Shown: positions 12,160 through 22,289 of the stretch, piece by piece
Numbering within the stretch: the stretch's first letter is position 1
Layout: the number at the start of each line of letters is the position of its first letter
NCBI GenBank assembly: GCA_050084515.1
Contig: CM114271.1
Coordinates: 30,814,001 to 30,878,000, forward strand
Direction: 5' to 3'
From: Blasia pusilla
Lineage: Eukaryota
DNA: 64,000 nt
Translations under genes and position numbers: made by a program
The notes under the pieces: generated by a model
What the model saw: the letters and a program-made list of their open reading frames with translations, nothing else
The model's database searches: none
What the model was told of the DNA's origin: nothing

Positions 12160-13070
12160 TTAAATAAATCCATCGCCATCGCTTGCATGTTTCACAACAT
12201 AACTTAACTCTTTGATTCTTGTTGCTGCTTCTACCAGCGAAGCTTTAGTATGTGCCGCTTGACACACAAAGTCAAAACGTGTTGGATCAGCAATCACCAC
12301 ATCATCTAGCATCCGAGATTCACTTCGAGACATAACAAGATCAACTCTTTAATAAGAGGTTTCTTGTGTAGTTGAAGGTAGGACATGGAGCTTCTCTTCC
12401 CTAACAATCTATTATATAGTATAAGCCACTAATGCTTCCGCCTCTCCAATCATGTGAGGTCGTTCGTTCTCGAGCATGTGCACATTGAAGAATATATTAA
12501 TATGGATATCCTTTTGCATTAATGGGTTTGGAATCCCCACATACACAATTTGGCATACCAAGGAGAGAAGGATGGAAAAATCCATGACGTAACTACAAAG
12601 TAGTTGAGAATATACTTCAAGGAACTTCAAGATGAAATGAAGAATAAGGGGATTTGCAATAAGCCATGCTCTCGCTTCTATACCCACACATGAATACAAA
12701 GGAGCTCGATGAGGATCAAAGGATGCCTCACGGAGAATTATGGAAAAGTTGATTTGATGCAAATTCTCGCCGATATGCTCTTGAAGTCGATCAAGCGCTT
12801 TTGAAATCAATTTATTGAAAGGGGATAGAATTGCTTATGTAGCAAGAGGAAGAAGAGCTCGAGCAGATCTTAGTTGCTATTGGAAGAAAAGAGCCTCCTC
12901 TTCTCCATGGACAATATAATCCATCAAGATAGATGCATCTTCTTTGAGAAACCTTCAAGTCATAATCAATTCTACCAACGCCGAACGTCCCACATACCCT
13001 TCCGAAAGAAATATACATGATACCTTGTCATGAAGCCAAGACACCATTATCTCCCTCAAATGTATTCAGA
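12160..13070 (-). mobile_element. Degenerate 3' part of a non-LTR retrotransposon with CCHC zinc finger and restriction-like endonuclease (CRE-like)
   Basis: Frameshifted minus-strand translations give LYSCVGIEARAWLIANP, then CVCG...LQCAHARERTTSHD (zinc knuckle), then RVDLVMSRSESRMLDDVVIADPTR (RLE-type PD..D motif). Confidence 0.6.
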
Positions 13071-13074
13071 CTAA

Positions 13075-16000
13075 GAAGTTGACCTAAGATTCAATAACTT
13101 ACTAACATCTCGACGAATGGCCGTAGGTAAATTTGGCTCTAGGCCATAAAGTAGCAAGTACAATGAGAAAGATGATAAGCATGCCAGCTTGCTGAATCTA
13201 TATCCCATTGCCAACCACGGAAACTGGAGGTCCCAGTCTCCTAGGTGACCTCTCTGCAAGCCATACTTGCAAAATCCTCTCTTCACCGTCTGCACAACCC
13301 TCTCCGCTAGTCCATCCGCCTCAGGATGATCTCACGAAGTGGTGCGGTAGTCGATCAGCGTCTGATCACACAAGGCCTAAAACTCCCCGCAAAACTCCGT
13401 ACCCTGATCTGTCAACATCTCAGTTGGTGCACTGTAATGACTCAGCACTCGATCTAAGAAGGCATACGCTACTCCCTCACTCACTTTCTTAGGAAATGCA
13501 ACCAACTCTACCACTTTGAGAAGTGCTCGACCATCACCAACACATAACGACTATGGCGCTCCGTCAAAGGTAAAGGTCTTGAAAAATCCAAACTCCACTC
13601 TACCATCCTCCCAAACACGCAACACATCTGTCCCCTCCCACCGAAACCGTCCGGCTCGCTGTAGGATCCGATCTCGCTCTCTAGCACCCACTGTGCTCGC
13701 GACGCTGCCAGTGCGCAGGTACTCCAAGGCTACTCCATCGTCGTGAATATCTCAGCCACGTGTCCTCTCATCATTGCCCTCTGGATCTAAGGACTCTCCA
13801 TTTCACCTCGCTATCGAAGTCTCAGCAATCTGGCTCTCCATAGCTAACAAGCCCAAATAGGCTGACGCGTTCCATCTTGGCACCAACTCCTCATCACTCT
13901 CTCCATGCCATTGAGCTCCAGCGCATCTCGTTGACTCGAGCATTGGTTACGAATCAAACCATCTGCTTCTTGGTGGAGCGTCCCAGGTCTATGCACCACT
14001 TGGAAATCATACTCTTGCAACAACAGAGCCCACCTCACAAGCTTCCATGTATGCTTGTTGGACTCCATCAACCATTTAAGAGGCTGATGATCAATAATAA
14101 TGGTAAAGGGGTTGTCGAATAGATAATACATGAAATGTGCGACAACCCACACTGCAATCAAGCACTCATCCTCATACGAGATATACTTTGCCTCTACAGC
14201 GTTGTTTGAGCAACTAGCCTAAGCCACCATGAACTCTCTATCCTCATCGTCATGCTAGGTAAGCACGGCTCCAAGCCCCAACATGCTCCAATCAATACGC
14301 AACTAAAAAGGACGCCCCTTGATCGATCTCCTCAATATGTGCGCGGACGTCAACCCATCCTTGAGCAGCTGAAATGCTCTCTCCTGCTTATCCCCCCAAT
14401 GCCACTCTTGATCCATCTTGGTCAGCGACTTTGCAATCGAACTGAAACCCATGACGTACCGTCGATAGAAGTTCGCCAATCCCATGAACACACGAACTCG
14501 ACTCACATCTGTAGAGCATGGAATGCGTGAAATAGCCTCTACCTTTGTCTGTTGCACACCAAGGCTACCTAGGTATATGGTATGATCTAGGTACCCAATC
14601 TGGTCGTAGAAGAACTTGCACTTTTCCGGATGTAGCTTCAGCCCATGTAGCTGCAATTGTCGAAACACCTCCTCTAGGTGTCGCTCATGCTTCTCAACCA
14701 TGGCGCTAAAGACTACGATGTCATCAATATCATACCTAGCAAAATCCAAACTTGCCAAGATCCTATCCATGACCCTCTGAAACTCACCCGGGGCATTTTT
14801 TAACCCAAGTGATAAGAACCGCCACTGGTACAAACAATCCTTCCGGTGAGGATCGATGCCCCAAAATGCCGTCTTCTGTCTGTCCTTCAATCTGATAGGC
14901 AGTTGATGGTATCCGGCTTGAAGATCTAACGAACTAAAAACCTTTGCATGCCCAATAGCATGAAAGATCTCCTCATGGGTGGGCGTGGCATACCTATCAG
15001 ACTTCATCTGCCAATTGATAGGTTGGTAATCTCCACACATCCGCCTATCCGTCTAGTTGCCATGCACATCCTTCTTGGCGGGCATGATAGTGGGAAGATG
15101 CATACTCTCCATGCGACATCTTCACTAGTCCTACTCCTACCAAGTCCTCGCTCCTACTCTAAATCAGAGCCCTCTCCATGTCATTGTACCTTTAGGATCG
15201 TCGAAAGATTGGCATGTCGCTCGATAACTCAATGCGGATCCCTGGACCCTTCAGCATATCCAAGTCATGCATACTAAATGAAAAATAGCTTCTATAACTC
15301 CTAAGGAATTGGTGTATTCGGCACCCCTCTCCTTATGTCAACTTAGGGTCCATATCTGGCTCCCAAGTCTCCATCTTGACTTCAGTAGGACTCTCCGGCA
15401 TAGTTGTAGATGGTTGCTATGGTGCGACCCCGTCTCGGACAATAGAACCCGGTTGCTCCCCTCCAGGAAACTACAAACTCTGATCTCCTCCACGTGCAGT
15501 ACCCATAACCATGCTCGACGTTGTGGCTATTATCTCCCGGCGTACCTGCAAAACATCCCAAGAAGTCCAAAGGTGTCTCTCCTGATCATCCTTGGTATGT
15601 CGATCGCCTCTGATCTCGCTCCCAACCACTGCCTCAACCGTCTTGGTAGGCAAGCGGCTCACTAACGCATCAGCTATGATTTGTCGCATCCGCAAACAAC
15701 GCTGCTCGGCTACTCCTAAGCTGAAAATCCATATGAAGCAGTTCAACACCATCGTCCGACCCAAGACATGACATCATAATGCCTTGATAATGACAATATT
15801 GTCATCACTCCTATGGGGAATCCCATTGCTCACTCTCGCTCATCGGCGTTGGGCTCTACCAACCGCTGTACCTAGTCATCCCAAACCAAGCCAAGTCCGG
15901 CCTCCTTAAATGCATAGGAAGCTGGAAAACTCACCAATGTGGGAAAAGCTGCTCGTGGCATGCCAATCCTGTTGACCACAGTCAACGGCGGTCGATCATT

Positions 16001-18050
16001 GTGCCTCACTACTTGTGATCAACGATCAGGATTCAGAACAGAATCCACCAACAAAAGGGAGGAGCGTTCCACTCTCGCATACGCCCTCCGCAAAACCTCA
16101 TGTGGCACCAAGTTTTGGTCCACCAAAGACGCGGGCGATGTGCTCGTGAACGTACACTCGCCGTATCCAACAACACTGCCGGACCAATCCTTGCGCGCAT
16201 CTAATGTGCACTCATCATCACGCGGGACCTCGAATTGCCCAAAATCGGCATATTCTCCAAACTATACGCTGGAGAAAGGGACTGATCCTCCTGCAAGTAT
16301 CGCAAGATCCGAATCATCTCCCAAAACAACCTGGAACAAGAATCAGCTAACCCGCTACCTCGTCCAACACTCGATTGGCCGGGACACGGCCAACCAGCAA
16401 TGACCAAATCTATGGTCCCTATCCGCTCCAAGTCCTGCACCCCCAACAATGAAATGTCCCTTAGTAGTGAACTCTGGTAATCCTCAATGGCGGACGCACA
16501 CAACAAGTCGGGAAATCGGAGGCGTAACTGTGCCACATGGTGAAGTGAAGCGCACCTTGCAACATCATCAATCTCAACGTACAGGTATTGTTGCACGCGC
16601 ACTTCTGCCTAAAAAATAGTAGCTAAGCCTATGTTGATCCCTCCTAAGGGATCCAACACGCAAATACCCTCCTCTAGGATGTGCCACACAATCGGGGTGG
16701 TGTCCAAAGGGATCATAGTAGCACTCCAGGCTACCTCGGGTTCCTCTGACCCGTCACGCTCTAGTGCAAACGTGTGAATCCACGCCGTCTCCACATGGTC
16801 ATTGGCTAAGCATTGGAGTTCCTCACTCAAGCCCCACACCGGCACCATTCCTCCACGGAATGATGCGGCTATCATAACACTCCTCTCCCTAGAAGTGTCA
16901 GATGCGGGGATGTTCTCTCCACGGACATGTCCCTCAATCAAAATCGAAGGCCACTTGATGGCGCTGCTAAATGCTGCTAAAGTCGCCATCTCTCCTGGCC
17001 GTCGCTCGATCACTCCACCCGTGAATCGAACGGGGAGTGAACAAAGTCTTCAATCACCGGACTGCAATCCTAGTTTGTAGGACGCTAACTCCTCCTAGTA
17101 ATCTAGGGAAAATCCCATTGGGTACAACACTACTCAACCAACCAAGACGTCGTAGGACTCTACATCGCTCACGATCGCTTTGGCTTGCACCATGGACTCA
17201 TGTGTAGGATGTCCTGGGCAAATACTCACCATGACCTACTATTGGGTGATAAATTATGTGGTACTCGCTCCACCCAAGGATGTGTGTATCTTGAATGAAC
17301 AACGTTCCACATCGACTTTTGTCAAGCCCAAGCTTCTGAATGGTGCTTTCCCCAACATCAGAGGTTGCGATCTCGATTCCAACGGGATGCGCTGCGGACT
17401 AAAAACTCTACCTCCTGGGCTCACCAACTGGAAGACCTCTCCCCGGTTATCCAGCAACACAACACGAGGAGCAGCCATGGCATGCTCTATCGCGGGTCTA
17501 GCGGGCATCTCCGCCATCCTAGCAGTCGCAACCTGCCATGATTGTGAGATGTACATCCCGAGCATTGGCTCCAAGGGCAGGTCCATCACCTCCTGTGCAA
17601 TCACCTCTCAACCAGATGCATGAACTCCATCTCCACGCTCACATAGCGTAGCGGCCAGCCAAAAAACCTCTGCGGGTGTACCTTCCAACGTCATAACATC
17701 GGAAGTTGAAAACAACAGAGCAAGGTACACCATCGTGGCCGTCCCCAACATCGTACTGGACACATGCTCCTCCCGAGCATCAACAATAGGAGTCGTCGCA
17801 CTCGCCTCTCCCGTCTCCTTCTGTGCCTGCATACCAACCCCATCAACTCTCCCGGAATTCTGATCAAGACCCATCGATGGGGTCCTCATTGCCTCGGATA
17901 ACGTGAAAGACTGACGAAGCCTAGTCTGTTTTCTGGCTTCCCCCTCTGTGGATCCAACTCCACGGCGGCTCCACATGTAACAACAACGGCTGCCTCCAAC
18001 TGGCCAGCCGCCCACATCCAGCCAAGATCCACACTGGAGCCTATGCAAAA
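13075..18050 (-). mobile_element. Decayed Ty3/Gypsy LTR retrotransposon internal region: (gag?)-PR-C5 DNA methyltransferase-RT-RNaseH-IN; no LTRs recognisable
   Basis: Protease-like RIPLESRSQPLMLGK (about 17.35-17.4 kb); RT RMCGDYQPIN...FSSLDLQAGYHQL...GLKNAPGEFQRVMD...DIDDIVVFS (14303-15040); RNase H IDWSMLGLGAVL...IIDHQPLKWLM; integrase core WSLDF...LTDQGTEF...ADGLAERVVQTVKRG. The RT-RH-IN order defines Gypsy. Many stops and frameshifts. Confidence 0.92.
15730..16680 (-). pseudogene. DNMT3-like C5-cytosine DNA methyltransferase domain within the Gypsy pol region
   Basis: Ordered motifs: I VLDPLGGINIGL (degenerate F-x-G-x-G), II YLYVEIDD, IV DLVIAGWPCPGQS with catalytic Cys retained, V GLADSCSRLFWEMIRIL, VI YSLENM, VIII AHRPRLWWT, IX EPNADERE*AMGFP, X VLGRTMVLNCF. 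Interrupted by stops (for example 16609-16611 and 16201-16203) and frameshifts. Confidence 0.88.
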
Positions 18051-19487
18051 AGATGTAGTCATGATGCTCGATATGCCTCCAAGATCAGGTACTTTAATTG
18101 CCGCAAGATATCATCCTCGCCCACTAAGATTGGAGCTATTTGACCTCCGATGGAAACATACATTTCCTTAGGAAATTTGGCAGTGGTGGGCGACAGCTTT
18201 TTTAACAAGAAAATGATATACTATTTTATGTTCACGAAGGTCCTCGATATTTCGTATAGTAAAGTCATTTTTTGGCTGGTAACGGTCCTCACAAGTACTA
18301 GTCATTTTTTTCTACTCAACACGTATTTAATAATAAGTTTTCCAAAAAGAGCCGCCCACTGGTTAGGCCCCATGCGTCAAGTTCATACTTCGCGCCTTCC
18401 CGAGCTTTGGCTCAGTGCGCACAGATACTCAGCCCACTAGTATATCATACATCACCTGTCGGCAGTCGCTGCGGTAAGCACCTGGTGCGAAGGATAAGAC
18501 TGTGCACCGGAATCGGGCCGGGCCCCGCCCCGCAGGCAGCGCCCAGTAATAATACAACAGTTGAAGTTAGTCAGGCCATGACAACCCCTTGATCCACCAC
18601 GGAGACTCTCTCGCTGTGCCTACAAACAACAACAGACCGAGACTTCCATGATCCATCACACCTCCTCATGAGCTCGCGGAGTCCTGCGCACATGAGTTCT
18701 CGGACCACTTTTCTCTTGCTCCGCTGTCGAAAAATACCTGCTTCCTCGTTGGTACGGATAGCTGCGTCGATCGTACGTGATCGCTGTCGTTCGGCGGTAG
18801 AGCATGAGCCCAAAATCAGCGGCGATGAGTGAGTGAGTGGGCGGGCGGGGAGGAACCCAATCGGACTCGCAGTAACAATGTGAAATTCGGAGAGAGCTCG
18901 TGCTTTCGGATCCTGAAAGCATATTCCGATTCAGTCCTGCAACATGCTCGGGCCGGTCCAAAATCGAGAGGAGCGGCCGCGCGCAGCACCCACGTACGGA
19001 AGGAAAGTTAACACCCATCCCTTCGAAGTTCGTGCACTGCAACTCTAGGGTCTAGGCGTAACATGACCTCCCTCGAGGGCTCGACCTAGCACTCGGATTC
19101 TGTCAACTACCGAGTAGTTCCTCGTCGAGAACCGGTGCTTCCCGGGCGTGTACTTTTGAAGGCGGACGGGGGGTTTCCCGAGCTTTCCTGAATCCCGGTC
19201 GGCTACTTGACAGGAGATGCAAAAGAGATCCCGTACCTTCAGTCGGTTTTTCGCCGGTGTTTCAAAAATGGGAACGGAAAGCTGTGATTTCGACCGGTTC
19301 GATCAACGCGTAACCTCCCGGTTCTCTCTTCACTCATTTTCTCATCCGCGATTTCAACCCGCACGCTAGAGTCTAGACAGCGATGAATCGTCACTCCAGC
19401 ACGTCAGTTTCAAGAGATTTATGGCACCTCCTAATCTTCACGAGTAGCGTCTCGCGAGGAGCTGCTTGGGTGCTGTGCTGACGCGTA

Positions 19488-19519
<32 letters not shown>

Positions 19520-20152
19520 TTTTTTTTTTTTTTGAGGAAAGATGCACTTCGATAAAAACGAGTGATGGAAAACCCATCCGAAGTACAAAAGAGTAAAGGG
19601 GGACTCAAAGAGGGGGACTCAAAGAGTAAAATACGCTGACGCGTATTGCGGCTGGACTCTGGTATCTGGAGGCTCCGCGTGAACCGGAGCTGTTTATTAG
19701 CGGGATCGATATCCGACCGTTGACCTGGAGACTACACGCAGCACGCTGCGTGTCTGGGTCCCGGGGGGCCTGTTGTCGGGACCACTTCGGAACGCCACGA
19801 TCGACTGTATCGCCTGTGAAGACTCCAGCCACGCGTCGAATGCGGAAAGAAACTACTCCACCGGCCCTCAGATGAAAGTGGTTGCCCCCGATCCGACGTA
19901 TACGAGTATGCCGATTAAGATGACGGAAAGGTGTCTATTATTCCATATTAAAAGGATTTACGGATTTTTTTTAAGATGCGTGTCAGAAGGGAGGTACGGT
20001 ATGGTTGACACCACTTGTCAACCATTGACGTGTGGCAGTGGGAGTTCATCCTCCCATTATAGTATGGATGAGCTCATGATGGTTACTCAGCATTCTTATC
20101 GGGAAATTTTTAATGAAACAAGAATGCGGCCACGAGGGTTTATGATGATGAT

Positions 20153-21331
20153 CAGGGTCCGGGGAGTTTTTTCGTGACAACCGGTACATTATCGGTCTCT
20201 ACAAATCCGAGCGGCAATTTTTGAAGTTTTTTTCATTCCAGCCGGCTAAACAGGTACGAATACAAAGGACACCCTCCCTGAACCTTCGGTTTTTGGCCGG
20301 TAAGTGACGACCTGAATCGGAAATTCTCAGATTCTTCCGGCTAGCTCAACACTTAACCCCGGTTCTCCCCGGACATTGATGATGATTACTACTTCATCTT
20401 GTTGGCATTTCAACATGCAGAAGCATGGCCTTTGAAACGTCTAACCAAAGTGGTGGGGTAGTGGCTTACGGTTTAGGGTGAACCCTTCACTCGCGTCCGA
20501 CCAATCTCTAACTTTCACGTCAAATTTATTTAAAACAATCAATTGGAAAAACTAATTATTTCTGTGTTAGCAAGCCACCATTTTCCTATTGGATTTTTTC
20601 ACAATCTCCTCTTGGGATGCAATTTCTTTTTTTAAGAATGATGTTTTTAAAAGTAAAATTTTTAAGTCCTTTCTTTACGGCGTCTACATACGACTATGTT
20701 TTTTGGTTCCTTCATATAAGATATCCACTATTTGGACCTCCACCCACCATGATCCATTCGGGATTCGTGTAGGCAGGATATCCTCATTTTCCATATGTGA
20801 ATTTCTTCGCTTATCAAAGGGCCATAGAATGGTTTTCTTCCGGAAACTTTATAGAAAATGATCCCATACAATTGGTAGGAGGACAATAGGGCGTTAACTT
20901 GTGATGTGTTTTGGTTCCTTGACTTGAAAATGAAGACAACCTACCCATTTTTACATTTGAGGGTCTTCCATTTTACAAGGTGCTAAATTTATGAGGCACA
21001 TCTCTCACTTCATGTGAGGGATGTACCTCATAAATACAACTAGATAGAAAAAAAATCCAAAATGGAGTTGGACGTAAGTAGGTGCACATCTACCTCCTCT
21101 TGGCCAATGTCCGGGGAGAATCGGGGTTACGTGTTGACCTGGCCGTAAGAAATTTAGAATTTCCGATTCACTTTATAAATCAACGGCCAAAAACCAGAAA
21201 AAATACAGGGGTTCTTCTTTGTATTTGTATCTCTTTAGCCGACCGGATTCAAGAAAATATCAAAAATTACCGTTCTGGTCTGTAGATACCAGAAATGTAC
21301 CGGTTCTCACCAAAAAACTACCCGGACCCTG
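20153..21331. mobile_element. Non-autonomous DNA transposon with long imperfect terminal inverted repeats (about 20153-20378 and 21105-21331)
   Basis: Left end CAGGGTCCGGGGAGTTTTTTCGTGACAACCGGTACATT...CCCCGGTTCTCCCCGGACATTG is the imperfect reverse complement of right end CAATGTCCGGGGAGAATCGGGG...AATGTACCGGTTCTCACCAAAAAACTACCCGGACCCTG. No transposase ORF inside; no clear target-site duplication. Confidence 0.8.
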
Positions 21332-21362
21332 CTCTTGGCACCCCACACTCAAAACAACACCC

Positions 21363-21386
21363 TATATATATATATATATATATATA
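21363..21386. repeat. (TA)n microsatellite
   Basis: Directly visible. Confidence 0.95.
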
Positions 21387-22289
21387 CATAGCACAAATGT
21401 AGAGGTTGATATGTTGCTTTACTCTTTGTCTCTAAAAGAATACAACAGATTCCCACGTAGGAGGGTCTTTTGATTTGCTAATTGCCACACTTTGAAAAAA
21501 ACACCCAATAATGCAAACCTTGACGTCTTGCCTAACTCTTGGGTATTTTCATTCGAAGGCGTGCACCTACTACAAACCACACTTGAAACCACACAAAACT
21601 GTAAAACTCTGTATTTTTATTGCAAAATGCCTCTTCCATTTTCTTATTAACATATGACATTTTTAGTCGATCAAGAGCTCGGTGTGTATTTAGCCAATTT
21701 AGAATCAATTTTGGGAATTAAATTTAGAATCCATTGGAAATAAATTAAGATAATAATAAATAATTCAAATATCCATTATATGAACATGTTCGTAAAGGTG
21801 TCTTATGGAAGTCCAAGAAAGGGTTTCACGAGTCCTTGTCTTTTGTACTTTTAATGGATTTTTCTCTCCTCCACTTAGGGACCCTACGTGTCATGCCCTC
21901 CATTGTTGAAAACAGAGAATCAATTTTTTTCCGGAATTGGATGGAGCCCATTTCCCATTTCCTAAAACATATGCCTAAAGTCAACACCATAAGCAGCTAG
22001 GAGCAAATTGAAGGTGTCATTTATTCCAAAGGTTGAGACCAATTACTTAAGGAAGATAGTCTTGTGCATCACTCATATAACATGGATCATGAGATCACCT
22101 ATCCACATCTAAGCATACATTCTTTGATTGGCAACCATAATAATTGCAAAGCCTTCGTGGTGAGAGTTCACGGTTTGGTTTAACATAAACATCATATGAG
22201 CATTTATTCATGGATTTTCATCCAAAGATTTCCATCTTGTATATGTGTATATGATCCCCCGAACTCCATGTTTCCCATCCAGATCCAAG

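Noticed and set aside
15730-16680. Host DNMT3/DRM gene or bacterial restriction-modification contamination
   Set aside because: No introns, no separate N-terminal host domains and no restriction-enzyme partner; the domain is collinear and co-decayed with Gypsy PR and RT.
20470-20480. Telomere-like GGTTTAGGG, possible telomerase RNA template
   Set aside because: Single short occurrence inside a TIR element; expected by chance.
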